A stretch of DNA of 64,000 nt from Eledone cirrhosa (lineage: Eukaryota): assembly GCA_964016885.1 (NCBI GenBank), contig OZ024742.1, positions 127,596,001-127,660,000 of the forward strand, written 5' to 3'. This document shows, piece after piece, positions 1 to 12,780 of the stretch. The translations under genes were made by a program, and so were the position numbers. Each line of letters starts with the position of its first letter. Position 1 is the stretch's first letter. Under the pieces are notes generated by a model, which saw nothing but the letters and a program-made list of their open reading frames with translations, did no database searches and was not told the origin of the DNA.

Positions 1-145
1 CTTCACATAATCTATGAGTTTCACATAGTCAAAGGTCTTCACATAATCTATGAGTTTCACATAGTCATGACCATCAAATAGTGCATGACCTTCTCATAGT
101 TCAAATAGTTCAAGACCTACATATAGTCCTTGAACTTCACATAGT
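1..145. repeat. Degenerate tandem repeat (~18/36 bp, TTCACATAGTC core)
   Basis: CTTCACATAATCTATGAGTTTCACATAGTCA occurs twice, followed by degenerate units. Confidence 0.6.
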
Positions 146-339
146 CCACTGGATTAACTGCTTTCGCCAACTGGTTAACTGTATTGTTTTTATTTTCCTA
201 AGAAATGGATTAGCTTATATTATTAGAGTTATCTCCCTTTATAAATTTTCAACAGCTGTTTTTTTTTAGTTTTTTTTTAAGAAAGGACAATCTCAGTTAA
301 TATTAGTTTTATAACTCACTGTCACATTTGTGTGACTAT

Positions 340-720
340 CATTTATAGATTTATTATTTTGAATCAGAGTAGAGAGGGAAGTGCTCTCTTCCCAGCATTT
401 TGTTGAAAGATGGGTGAGAGAAGCAAGAATGGCCCGAGTGAATGGGCCTACTCTGAGTATATATCTGTAAATTAAAGGTGGAAAACTGGGAGAGGGCACT
501 TGCCTTGGTGGTCAGGGTCATTGTGGCCTTTTACTGGGCTTTCTCCACAAATGTCCCTCCGAAGTCTCCCCCCTATTGGGGAATTTTTCATTGTTATTTT
601 TTGTTACATCCTCTGTTTTTGTTTTTTACACGCAGAAATGCCCATTTGTACCGTCCTGTATTGTCCTGCACTGTCCTTAATGTCTACTTTATGTAAACCC
701 TTGTGGTTAATAAAGAAATC
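340..720 (+). mobile_element. 3' end of L1/Tx1-like LINE
   Basis: Encodes IRVEREVLSSQHFVERWVREARMARVNGPTLSIYL*, homologous to the copy at 43030-43400; ends GTGGTTAATAAAGAAAT. Confidence 0.5.
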
Positions 721-1117
721 ATTATGTTGAATGGTCCTCTTAGGTATTTTCCCTCAGCTTTATTGGTTGATATTCATACCCAGTGTCATTGCACCCCACC
801 GCTCTCTCTCATACGTTGTCTCTTTTTTTGTCTTTTCCTTCCCTAATAACTACCTGAAGTTATTAATGCACTGTGAATAGATGTATCATCTTTAATGTGT
901 CGACACATCAGCAACACAGCAGACAACTGAAGAGGGGAATTATTTGTGTTTCCCTTACATTTCTAAACACTCTTTATTAGTAACCATACACCACCGTGTC
1001 CCTTTTAATTCTTATGTGTATATATATATGTTCTCAGCGTGAAAGGTTGCCGTAAACAGCTGAATACTATTTGCATAGTAAAACATTTTTGCGGGTTAAG
1101 ATATAACCACAAATAGA

Positions 1118-1235
1118 ACAGAGAGTGGGAGAGAGAGAGAGTGGGAGAGAGAGAGAGTGGGAGAGAGAGAGAGAAAGTGGGAGAGAGAGAGAGAAAGAGA
1201 GTCAAAGTGGGAGAGAGAGAGAGAAAGAGAGTCAA
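1118..1235. repeat. (GA)n/GTGGGAGA simple repeat
   Basis: Directly visible. Confidence 0.9.
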
Positions 1236-1656
1236 AATATGAGATGAGAAATGAGAGGGTTATAGAGTGAGAGAAGGGAAGAAGAGGCGAGGAGAAAAAT
1301 GGGGACGAAAACGATGGAGCAGAACTTGTGGAGAAAGAGGAAGGGATGGATAGAAAGATGGAGAGAATAGACTAACAAGAAAAAGGAACTTAGCATTACC
1401 TGAATTGTCAGCTTCCCATCAATACTTTACAATACTGTAACAGTTTCTTGCATGAGGGAAGCACTATGTCTAGAAGTATTGCCTGTGCAACAGGAATCAA
1501 ATCTCTGTTGTTCAAACGCTAGACTAGAGGAATGAGAGAGCAATGGGGTACGTCCATGTCAGGCCGTAATTGGTGAAAGAAAGGTTGTTTACTGTTCAAA
1601 AGGGCGCAGCAGTAGGTGGATGCTGCTCCCTTTCGAACAGACTAATGATAAATAGG

Positions 1657-2667
1657 TGCATAGCAACTAAGCACACAGCAACAAGGTACATAGCAACTAA
1701 ACACAGATCAACTAGGCACAGATCAACTAGGCACATAGCAACTAGGCACATAGCAACTAGACACATAGCAACTAGACACATAGCAACTAAACACATAGCA
1801 ACTAGGTACACAGCAACCAGACACAGAGCAACTAGACACATAGCAACTATACACAGAGCAACTAGGTACATAGCAACTAGGTACACAGCAACTAGGTACA
1901 TAGCAACTAGGTACATAGCAATTAGGTACACAGCAACTATACACAAAGCAACTAAACACACAGCAACTAGGCACATAACAACTAAACACAGAGCAACTAG
2001 ACACATAGCAATTAGACACATAGCAACTGGGCACATAGCAACTAGGCACATAGCAACTAGACACATAGCAACTAGGTACACAGCAACTAGGCACATAGCA
2101 ACTAGGTACACAGCAACTAGGCACATAGCAACTAGACATACATCCAAAAATACACACAGCAACTAGACACATAGTAACTAGACACATAGCAACTATACAC
2201 AGAGCAACTAGGTACATAGCAACTAGGTACACAGCAACTAGGCACATAGCAACTAGGCACATAGCAACTAGGTACATAGCAACTAGGTACACAGCAACTA
2301 AACACACAGCAGCTAGGCACATAGCAACTAGGCACATAGCAACTAGGCACATAGCAACTAAACACAGAGCAACTAGACACATAGCAACTAAACACAGAGC
2401 AACTAGACACATAGCAACTAGGTACACAGCAACTAGACACAGAGCAACTAGACACAGAGCAACTAGGTACATAGCAACTAGGTACACAGCAACTAAACAC
2501 AGAGCAACTAGACACATAGCAACTAGGTACACAGCAACTAGACACAGAGCAACTAGACACATAGCAACTAGGTACAGAGCAACTAGACACATAGCAACTA
2601 GGTACACAGCAACTAGACACAGAGCAACTAGACACAGAGCAACTAGACACATAGCAACTAGGCACAT
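1657..2667. repeat. 15-bp minisatellite (GCACATAGCAACTAG)n, ~65 units
   Basis: Directly visible; generates the spurious RHIAT/VAMCL ORFs. Confidence 0.97.
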
Positions 2668-2730
2668 AAAATTCAATAATAAGTATGTACAAAACACGTA
2701 TTGATAAAGTATATACAAAATTCTACTTAC

Positions 2731-2830
2731 CCAATGCCACAGTTCCCATAAGAAAAGGATTGGTAGTGTATCTATAGTCATTAGTAACAGTTTGTTGGAT
2801 TTTAATGCCAACAATGCAAGTTATTATTAC
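2731..2830 (-). CDS. Coding exon 9 (VIITCIVGIKIQQTVTNDYRYTTNPFLMGTVAL); gene continues beyond the window start
   Basis: TTTTGTTAG acceptor, G|GTAAGT donor, phase 0/1; no further compatible exon found before position 1. Confidence 0.85.
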
Positions 2831-3387
2831 CTAACAAAATAAATAAATAAATAGAATTAAAAAAAAGCTCCCACTCCTTGACTTCTCTTCTTAATATCTT
2901 AATGTCTCCCTGTACTCACTGCCTAGATTACTGGGGACAGTTTTAAATCTGTCACTCCCCCAGCATACTCATTGCAAGATACAACACACATAAAGAGTTC
3001 TGATATATCCACTACTCTTCCACCATCCCCCACCCACTCTGACCTACTAGCTATCACTCCTCCTCTTCAAGGTCACTTCTACTATTCAACAATTGTTCTC
3101 ACCCTAAGTGATGAGACTTAGATGACATTTCCCCCACCCCTTCCACAGTGCCAATTCCATCATGCTCTTACCCCCATTACCAACTCTCTACATGGCTGAG
3201 GACACAACCCTCCTAATGCTAGTACCACAATGAAATACACCCAGTCCACTCTAAGTAGTATTGCTGGTACCACAATGAAATACACCCAGTCCACTCAGTT
3301 CAATGGTAATGCTGATTAAATACATATAGTAGATGCTGTAAAGAGAGTGGCATAAGAAAGACAATCCAGCTATAGAAACCATACCCA

Positions 3388-3884
3388 CCATCAGGCATCT
3401 ACCATACTCTGAACACCTTGCTTCCCTGGACATGGATACATTGAAGCTTTGACATCTGGCAACTTACTTGGTAAACACCCACAAAATTATTAACCATCTT
3501 GCCAACAACAACCCTCAGTACCTTTTTGACTTCCATGTGTCTAACACACATGGACATGCCTACAAAGTCAGAAAACAGCACAGCTCCCATGACTTTTGGA
3601 AACATTTTTTAACGCTCAGAGTTGCTGAAGCATGGCACAAACTACCTGCATCAGTTATTAGCTGTCGAGACACTGCATCCTTCAAAACCTCCATGCTTCC
3701 TGAGATTCGCCAACACTACACCTGATGTCCCCCCTCCATACAGACGCACACCTCTATATCATGACTCATACACTGTTCATTTTCCTGACATTTGTACATT
3801 ATTCTATGTACTATACATGCACCTTTGATGAGTTGTAGTGCACCTGAGCACTGTACACAATAATTCCATTCATTATTCATTATT
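3388..3884 (+). mobile_element. 5'-truncated CR1-like LINE 3' end inserted into a SINE tail
   Basis: Near-identical to 33450-33945; flanked by a short ATACC duplication that splits an RTE-tailed SINE. Confidence 0.85.
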
Positions 3885-4150
3885 ATACCAAAAAGGAATC
3901 TTTGAGCAAGACATGGTCATCCAAGACGGTTAATGTCATAACATAACACCCTATCCAACTTATGAGAAACATGTAAAACAATGATGATGATGATGATGGA
4001 TGCCTTTCCTGCTGATAACCAATAATTTTTTTATTTTGATTATTATTTATCCTTTTGTTTCAATCATCATCATCAACAACAACTATTGAGCGAAGTGATA
4101 GCAACACACACTTGTACATAAAATAAAAAAAGTTAAACCAAATTACTTAC

Positions 4151-4274
4151 AGTTAAAGCAAATGCTGTTCCTTTAAAAAAAGTAAGTACTGATATAATTG
4201 GTTGAATCAAATGGAGTGTAAATAAAATTAGTGATGAAAGAACTATGACATAGACTGGTAACACAAAAGCTTTC
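4151..4274 (-). CDS. Coding exon 8 ((E)KAFVLPVYVIVLSSLILFTLHLIQPIISVLTFFKGTAFALT)
   Basis: TTTGCAG acceptor, GTAAGT donor, phase 2/0; two hydrophobic segments. Confidence 0.88.
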
Positions 4275-4770
4275 CTGCAAATAGATTTGAAATTAAAAAG
4301 AATGATATATAATTAGTAATTTTTTAATTTGAAAGTTAGAAGCAAAGTTTTTCCATCTCCATGGTTTATATGCCCAATAGACTATTTTTCATTGTCAAAT
4401 AACGTTGATGTTTCTAACTTTCAAATTCAAAAACTTCCTTTTGCTCAACAGCTCCAAAAATAGATTGTTTATCATTTGTAATACCATAAAGTATTTTTTT
4501 TTAATTCAACATGATTTTGCCATCACAATTTCAAAAATCTGTAACATTTGTGAAAATAATAGAGAGATAGAAATGAAATAAAATTAACATGATTTCTGAC
4601 ATTATGTGTGTGGTTAAGAGGTTCACTTTACAACTAATGGTTCTAAGTTCAATACTTCTTTGCGATATCTTGGACAACTGTCTTCTACAACATTGTGTTG
4701 ACCAATGACTGGGATTTTTCCTTTAGCTTTTCTGCAGATTCAGCTCAGTAGTTCCTGCAGGCAGCCCGTC

Positions 4771-4978
4771 TTAACCCCCTAGTGTTCAAACCGTCCAGAA
4801 TTCTCTACCTCTTCCTGTTGAAACTGGCTGTAACTGGTCGCTCAAACTGATGTTAAGGTATTGTTCTAAAAATAAATACTTTCAAAATCTCATAGATTTG
4901 ATATTATGTGAGGTAAAGCCTTTACCATGAAAATATAATAGTATATATATAAAATAATGTGAATACTAAAGGGTTAAA
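4771..4978. mobile_element. piggyBac-type MITE
   Basis: TTAA-CCC...AGGG-TTAA termini; body shared with the 6879, 30505, 37378 and 58652 copies. Confidence 0.7.
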
Positions 4979-4989
4979 CACTTTTGTTA

Positions 4990-5395
4990 TAATAATAATT
5001 GTTTCTACTTTTTGGCACAAGACCAGCAATTATCCCAGTGCATTACTCGTACTTTATTTTATCGACCCCATAAGGATAAAAGGCAAAGTTAACTTCGGCG
5101 GGACTTGAACTCAGACCATAAAGGGCCGTAACTCTTTGCTGCAAAACATGGCGTCCGACCCTCTACCGATACTGCCAATCCAACAATAATAATTATTTCT
5201 ACTTTAGGCACAAGGCCAGCAATTACCCAGTGCATTACTGGTACTTTATTTTATCGACCCCGTAAGGATGAAAGGCGAAGTCAACCTCAGCGGGATTTGA
5301 ACTCAGATCGTAAAGGGACATAACTATGCTGGAAAACATGGGGTCCGACCCTCTACCGATACTGCCAATCCACCGCCCTTTATCCAACAATAATA
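4990..5395 (-). mobile_element. Tandem dimer of tRNA-derived MetaSINE-like element
   Basis: Two copies of the reverse complement of GCCTTTCATCCTTACGGGGTCGATAAAATAAAGTACCAG (Meta-domain-like), with B-box GAGTTCAAATCC and (ATT)n tails. Confidence 0.75.
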
Positions 5396-6044
5396 ATAAA
5401 AGTGACTTAGAACTGAGCCCTGATGTACCCCTTTCTCTTCATTAAATTCCTCACTGAATTCTTTAGTGACTCTTATCTTGCTCACTGCACTTCTTTACAT
5501 GGCTTATGCATCCCCAACAAGCCATTCATTTATCACTAGCTTTTTTAATAACCACCAGATTACAGAGTGTGATACCCTGTCAAAGGATTTCTTTAGAATA
5601 GCGAATAATAAGTAGGGGGGGGGGGTTACTCATAGCTGTGTACTTCTTTCTGGCACAAAGCTGAACTGCATCTCATTTACATTCAATCATGCAATAACTC
5701 TTTCCACAATTTTCTTAAACCTGGTCCAACAATTTGTCCTTGTAACATTTGATGATGATACAGTTCCCCCAGTCATTGTATTACCTACCTCCTTTCATTA
5801 CCTACTTGACTATGTAACTAGCAAATACAAAACTAAATATGTATATATGCATGCAACTGTGTGTGTGTGTGGTGTGTGTGGTGTGTGTCTGTCTGTCTGT
5901 ATGCATCTGTGTTCAAGTTTACACTTGTCTAAATTTGTATCATCATCATCGTTGTTTTAACATCCACTTTCCCAGCTAGCAAGGGCTGGACTATGTATTC
6001 AAGTGTGTATGTGTGTGTGAGTTTTTCTGTGTTTAAGTTTATAC

Positions 6045-6215
6045 GTGTCTAAATATGTATATATGTATGTGAGCGTGTGTGTCTAAATATGTATATATGT
6101 ATGTGAGCGTGTGTGTCTAAATATGTATATATGTATGTGAGTGTGTGTGTCTAAATATGTATATATGTATGTGAGTGTGTGTGTCTAAATATGTATATAT
6201 GTATGCGAGTGTGTG
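6045..6215. repeat. ~34-bp tandem repeat x5 (GTGTCTAAATATGTATATATGTATGTGAG...)
   Basis: Directly visible. Confidence 0.85.
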
Positions 6216-6500
6216 TACACATCTGTGATTAAGTTTACACTTGTCTATAAACCCATGATGTTGTTTCTTTTACGCCTCTTTTTGTCCCATAATTTTGCTG
6301 TTTGGCAAATTGAAATCAATTAAATAGGTACCAAACTGAAATAAGTACTGGAGTTAATAAAATCAACTAAAACATTTGAAGGTGGTGCCCCACCATGGCT
6401 GATATTCACTGACTGAAAAGAATTATTGGTTTTAAATTTATAAACTTTAGCTACTTTGTTGAGTGAATAGCCTATGAAACTGAGAGGGATATATACTTAC

Positions 6501-6566
6501 TCTATATGTAGAATTTGAGAGTATGATTCACTACCAGCCAGGCAATAGCCAATCAATAAAGAAGAC
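6501..6566 (-). CDS. Coding exon 7 ((L)SSLLIGYCLAGSESYSQILHI)
   Basis: TTTACAG acceptor, GTAAGT donor, phase 2/2; TM3-like segment. Confidence 0.85.
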
Positions 6567-6878
6567 CTGTAAATAAACAATATCATAAATGTTAAACTAA
6601 CATAAGTTTCAAAAAGCCAGTACAATGAGGTAAATATATAAAGGGCAAAGGATGGCAAATAAAACAAAACAAAGTAATGTTTTACCCAGTGTATTTTAAC
6701 ATGATATTTCAGGGTTATAACCCTCTTTTCAAATGTGGAACTGAAACATCCTTAACAGGCCTTAATTCCAGAAATACATTGTACTGGCTTTTTGAATCAT
6801 CGTTTTTTTTTTTAATAAATATTAACACTAAAACTATATTTAAAAGATCTTAATTTCGTTTTTATTTTATTTTTTAAA

Positions 6879-7107
6879 TTAACCCTTTGGCATTTAAACT
6901 GGCCGCATCTGGCCAGAATTCTCTCACCTCTTTCTGTTCAAACTGACCGTAACTGGTCACATATATTGATGTTAAGGTATTGTACTCCAAATAAATAACA
7001 TCAACATCTCATAGATTTGATATTATATGAGATAATTATGTAAGATAAAGCCTTTACCACAAAACTACAATAGTATATACAGAGTAATGTAAATGCTAAA
7101 GGGTTAA
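6879..7107. mobile_element. piggyBac-type MITE
   Basis: TIRs TTAACCCTTTGGCATTTA / TAAATGCTAAAGGGTTAA with TTAA TSD. Confidence 0.8.
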
Positions 7108-8287
7108 GACAGTATTTGGAATATATTGAGATTATTGTCTAATTTTATTTTTCCACAAGCCAATGAGAAGAAATGTATTTTCAAAGTATTCTGGGCTGTG
7201 TGTGTGTGTGTGTGTGCACGCGCATATGTGTATGTTTATACACCCCAACCCACTACCCCTACTCCATCCTCCTACTCCTACCAATACCACCTTTTCTCTG
7301 TAAAGTTATGTTGGTACCACAGAACATCCAGTCCACACTAAAGAGGTTGTGTAGGTGTCACAACAAAAAAACACAGTCCACGCTGTAACGTGGTCATGTA
7401 GGAGACAATAAAAAAGGCTCCCAGTCCACACTGTAAATATGGTTGGTGTTAGGAAGGGCATCCAGCTGTAGTAAACCTGCTAGATAGTCCTATACAAGCG
7501 AGACACGGTTACCCGATCAATCTTGCCTCAAGTGGGACAATTCCCATTTAACCCATGCTAGCGTGGAAGATAGATGTTAAACAATGATGAAGATGAAGCA
7601 TTATTGTTAACAATATATCATATGCCACTTATAAGTCTTATTATATACACATAGATTTACATAAATGCAGGCAAAATAATTTTGTCTGTTTCAATCCTTT
7701 TATGAATGGTTTATTAACCTAAATTCTTGGCTAACACTTCCAATATGTGACTAAGTACTGTTGCATACAGAAATTTGTATGTTTATTTGTTTTAGACTTA
7801 TATAAGCATTCATTAAATTGATGTTCAAAACTAATTTTTTATACAATGAAGATAGCTATTATCATGTAAATTTCAGCAAGTCTCTAAAGAAATTCAAATT
7901 TATGTTATGTGGATTATCAATCATAAATATTCAGCTCCTTGAATATTTTGAAATTTGTCTTGGAGGTTGGAAATATTACTTGAAACTCAAAGAACTTTAA
8001 TTCCCACATGCTGCATAAAAATATCTTTAGAATAACCACAACAGTCATGTGAAAGTCCATAAAATGATCAGCACAATCAGTTTTGGATAATATATGTAAA
8101 TACACAATTGCTAGGACAATATACTGCATAACTTTAAAAAATAAAATCTTTAATATTGCATATTTTCACAACAATCTATCAACTGAATTAAGTAACCCAT
8201 TTTTAGATATTTTCTGCTAAATCATAACAGGATGTTAAAAGCTAAAGTAATGTAGTGGGATGGAGAAAAGACTGATATGAAACTTAC

Positions 8288-8417
8288 AGTTGCACGACAA
8301 CCATGAAATCAAAAAACTGCCGTACTCCATTGCAGAGAAACATCTCACCTAACGTATGTAGGTTAGGTTGAGTGGTGTCATCCTTGAGTATGTCGGTACT
8401 TTCATCTGGCGTAGATT
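8288..8417 (-). CDS. Coding exon 6 ((E)STPDESTDILKDDTTQPNLHTLGEMFLCNGVRQFFDFMVVVQ)
   Basis: TTTCTCTTGTAG acceptor, GTAAGT donor, phase 1/2; lies within ORF 8284..8514. Confidence 0.88.
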
Positions 8418-9366
8418 CTACAAGAGAAACAGGCAAATCAGAAAAATATAGAATATATATTATATTCTTTCTACTTTTCTTAGTTAATCTTTGGCTATCT
8501 CTCTGATGTATCATTCACACATATATCTCTTCCTATGGCCACTTCACATACCACGTCTATCTTTGCTCTCTCTCTCTCTCCCCATACATTTATGTGTATG
8601 CATATAAATGTGCATATTTATACTTACACTTGAGGGTGTTTGCTATATGTATCTTTATAGAGATCTCAGATAATCATAAACTAATTACATGTATGTGTTT
8701 GTATGACAGCTGCCAGCATGTAGGGTTGTTTTTGTGTGAGACCTAGTGTTGGGATTGTCTTGATTCCAACTCCTTTTTATATCCTGGTTTTGTGTCTCTT
8801 GATGTCTGCATTGGCCTTCATCTTTCTCTATAATTTCACACCTTCTTATTGTTTTATCTCTAGTCAACAAGAATCAAATAATACACTTTTACATTGCATC
8901 TATATATTCATTTTTACTTGATTAATAAATATAAAAATGTATTGACCTTAGAATTTATACCTTTCATTAATGTAATAAAGTAAAATTATTTATATTAGCC
9001 ATATTTATACATAATAATTTGTTAGCAATTATTTATTATAATTATCTCTGATATTCCTGCAATCTGTAATAAAGTTTTTAATATTCTGTACTTTATTGAT
9101 TAACATAATAAAGTTAAATAAGGTAGTGGTGGTACGATGAGTTAACAAACCCAGTGCACCATGTTAAGTGGTTGGCATTAGGAAGAGCATCCAGTCATAG
9201 AAACTGTGCCAAAATGGAACATATGAACAAGACACAATTGGCTGACCTGCCTGTCTAGTCTCTGCATGATAACCTGCCTAACCCATGCAACCATGGAAAA
9301 CAAAGATGTAAAATGATGATGTTGATATATATATATATATACACATACAATATAAGAAAATATTAC

Positions 9367-9421
9367 CTTTGCTTTCCTTCTTATCTTTAATTACATCATG
9401 GAGCTCTTCGTCAAGATATTC
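9367..9421 (-). CDS. Coding exon 5 (EYLDEELHDVIKDKKESK)
   Basis: CTTTGCAG acceptor, AG|GTAATA donor, phase 0/1; charged loop. Confidence 0.78.
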
Positions 9422-10377
9422 CTGCAAAGATGATAATTCTGGCTAATAGAACATATAATGACTTCTTACATGAACATGAAATATAATGCTTAATACATTC
9501 CATGCATTCCTCCAAAGCATTATTGATGTATTATTATCACCAGAGAAGTTTTTATATCCAGTATTGTGTTGCTAGTATGAATTGGACAAGTCTGGCAAAC
9601 AATCTGTTGTTATTCAACTTAATCTTCAGTGATTTTATCTGTGAAACCCAGTGTTTAAAGAACAGATGTCTTGCCACTGTTTCTTGCATCTTTTTCATGA
9701 ACGATTGCAGCAGCCACCATACAGTCATGACATGCTAGAAATTACTGTCAAATTTCCTCAAATCACACCCTTCCATCTTACAACAGTCAGGACACAGAGA
9801 ATATAGTCCCAGATATCCCAAAAGATGGGATGGTCTAGACTCTAGACTGAAATACCTTTGATCATAGATTTGCCTGATCAGAGTTGATCTAAGGGCTACT
9901 GACATCATTTACACTCAGCACTCCCAGTCTATTCACATTATAAATCCATACTAACACAACTGTCTGTCTTGCACAAATATGCTCATGACAGTTACATTCT
10001 CAGATAACTTGTATTCTGCCATTCATAGATTTACATTACACTAGCAATAATTCTCACCTGCCACATTTCTGTCTAGCCTCTGCATAGTTTCCATATTTGG
10101 AGCTCCTATCTCATTATGTAGCATCACACTTCTTACTTCAGCTTGTCTTTTGTACAAAGAGAGAAAACTTTTGTTGCAACCGTTCTTTGGATTTCTTCCA
10201 TCACTTTGTTACCTTGCCTACTATGCTTTTGCTACAACTACCCTCCAAAGATTTGGTCACTCAAATTATAGAAATTAACATCTATGTTTTATAAAAGTAT
10301 ATGGGCATTTAATGGGTGCTTCTACTGTTAGTGTTGCTGTTATTGTAGTTCATTTTGCTGCTGTTCTTGTTATTTTG

Positions 10378-10557
10378 GTAGTATCGCTAGAGGGTCGGAC
10401 GCCATGCTTTGACGCATAGAGTTACATCCCTTGCCATTCTGAGTTCAAATCCCGCTGAGGTTAACTTTGCCTTTCATCCTTATGGGGTCGATAAAATAAA
10501 GTACCAGTAATACACTGAGTAATTGCTGGCCTTGTGCCAAAAGTAGAAACAATTATT
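10378..10557 (+). mobile_element. MetaSINE-like element
   Basis: Same family as 15695-15909. Confidence 0.75.
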
Positions 10558-12124
10558 GTAGCTGTTGTCATTGTTAGTTTGTTGGTTGTCTTGTATATTT
10601 GGCCATGTTATTTTGGATTTTTGAAATACTAATCCTTTAAATTTTGGGTGTCAATTAACTGTTTTCCTCTGTCCCAATATTTTCTACTGTTTTTTGTATG
10701 CTTTTTGCTCACCCTCAGCATTTTCCCCTCTTTGAGGAATTGGTGGGTGTTGAAGATATGTCTGGGCCTGCAGGTACCTGCATACCTGATTTTGTATGAA
10801 TGTTGTTATTTTGGTTTTGGTAGAGGCACTTCTTCATGAGCTTCTTTGTGTGTGTCCATAGTAGAAGAAAATGTTATTGTTTATTCTGCTGAGCCTTCTG
10901 CTGTTCCAGCACAGCTGTTGTTGTTACTGTGGTTGCTGCTACAGCAGGCACTCAATTCTTGTTCCCAAAGGATCTGCAGATTAAACCAATGCCTGAAATT
11001 CTAGTGACATTCCTACTTTGTTCTGCTGGGGACTTAAGTCCTATAACTTCCTGTGTTCCTCTACCAGTGCTATCACTTTAGCCTAGTTCCTGCAAGGTAG
11101 CACATTAATAATTAATTTTATTCACATATTGCTCCATGTAAAGTGGAATCATCACAAATTCCAAGGATGTGAATGTGATTCTGACCATTGTTTGAACCTT
11201 TTACTTGCTTTTACAAATGGCCACCACTGTTTCATGTATCCCATTCATGTAAATAATTGTAGAACATACCTCTCCCAGACATTTTTCAGTTTGGGCTGAA
11301 TCTCCATGATTGATGTATCCGTAGTGTCAGCAGAGAAATATTGGAAGGTATTTACACTATTCTTTTCATAGTGAAGACTTCTAATTCCACTTTTCCATGC
11401 GGGTATGGGTTGGGTGGGTCACCACAGACTAAGTCAGTATTTAACTGGAGCTACTGACTTCTCAGATAGGCCAGCGACCAGCATCTTTACATACATTCTA
11501 ACATTTCAGAGTACTCTGGGTGCATTTTATCATAGCACCAGCACGAAGGAAGGGGTTGTGTCTTTTACACAAATGAAGAGTCCACTCAATGTTTTTCAGC
11601 AAAATGTCTGTCTACTAAATTGCACTCACAAGACAACTCAAAGTTATAGAAGACACTTGCCTAAAGTGCCATTTAATGGGATCAAGTCAGAAACAAAGCA
11701 GTTGTGAAGCAAAATTCTTAACTACACACCCATATCTGCATCCATTTAATTGTTTTCTTTTTCTAATATTTATTAAGAAGACAGCTCTAAAGTGAGCTCA
11801 TATGTTCCCTAATAAATACACCCACTCTGTCCTTTAAAATATATTGACAGCTTCATTGATTATTGGTCTTAACAGTTTTGCAATCATAAATATCTAATCT
11901 ATTTCTTTTAGTAATAATCAGTCTTTTGTTGCAGTGTGCAGTGAAAATATTTGCAATAAAGAAACATTACATTTGATATTTTTGATAATTTTGTTAACTG
12001 AAATTACAGATCATACAAAGAACCACACAAAAAAATACAAATAATACAATCAGATAACTATGAATGATTCTAAGTAGTGGATTAAACAGGAAAAAAATAT
12101 TACATGTTTTATAGAATATCAAAC

Positions 12125-12193
12125 CTTATATGCCAAGAACTGATTAATACACGCTCTCTGAAGGACTTCTGTAGTAATACAAATTGTAAGAGC
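12125..12193 (-). CDS. Coding exon 4 (ALTICITTEVLQRACINQFLAYK)
   Basis: TTATTATTCTAG acceptor, AAG|GTTTGA donor, phase 0/0, open frame. Confidence 0.8.
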
Positions 12194-12295
12194 CTAGAAT
12201 AATAAAAAGGTATAAATATATACATATTTATTATAATATAAAGTAAAAAATAAAGGATAATATTTTCCAAATTACAAGAGTCCATATGGATACCA

Positions 12296-12780
12296 ATCTA
12301 TGGCTAAGGGTGTTGTTGTTTAACCACAGGTCAACTTGATCCAGTAGACCTTATCAAATGGCTAAGGGTGTTGTTGTTTAACCACAGGTCAACTTGATCT
12401 ACTAGACCTATTATCAAATGGCTAAGGGTGTTGTTGTTTAACCACAGGTCAACTTGATCCACTAGACCTATTATCAAATGGCTAAAGGTATTGTTGTTTA
12501 ACCACAGGTCAACTTGATCCACTAGACCTATTATCAAATGGCTAAGGGTGTTGTTGTTTAACCACAGGCCAACTTGATCCAGTAGACCTATTATCAAATG
12601 GCTAAGAGTGTTGTTGTTTAACCACAGGTCAATTTGATCCAGTAGACCTATTATCAAATGGCTAAGGGTGTTGTTGTTTAACCACAGGTCAACTTGATCT
12701 ACTAGACCTATTATCAAATGGCTAAGGGTGTTGTTGTTTAACCACAGATCAACTTGATCTACTTGACCTATTATCAAATG
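12296..12780. repeat. 60-bp minisatellite x8
   Basis: Unit GCTAAGGGTGTTGTTGTTTAACCACAGGTCAACTTGATCCACTAGACCTATTATCAAATG, head-to-tail with no spacers. Confidence 0.97.

Noticed and set aside
1400-1520. Possible next exon of the transporter (AG...GTAATG on the minus strand)
   Set aside because: Stop codon in the required phase-1 frame
1570-2814. Long ORFs (RHIAT, VAMCL, SCYVP repeats)
   Set aside because: Translation artefacts of the 15-bp minisatellite; only 2731-2830, in another frame, is a real exon
10058-10200. Exon-like segment ending at GTGAG on the minus strand
   Set aside because: Degenerate RTE LINE sequence, and the phase is incompatible with exons 4 and 5
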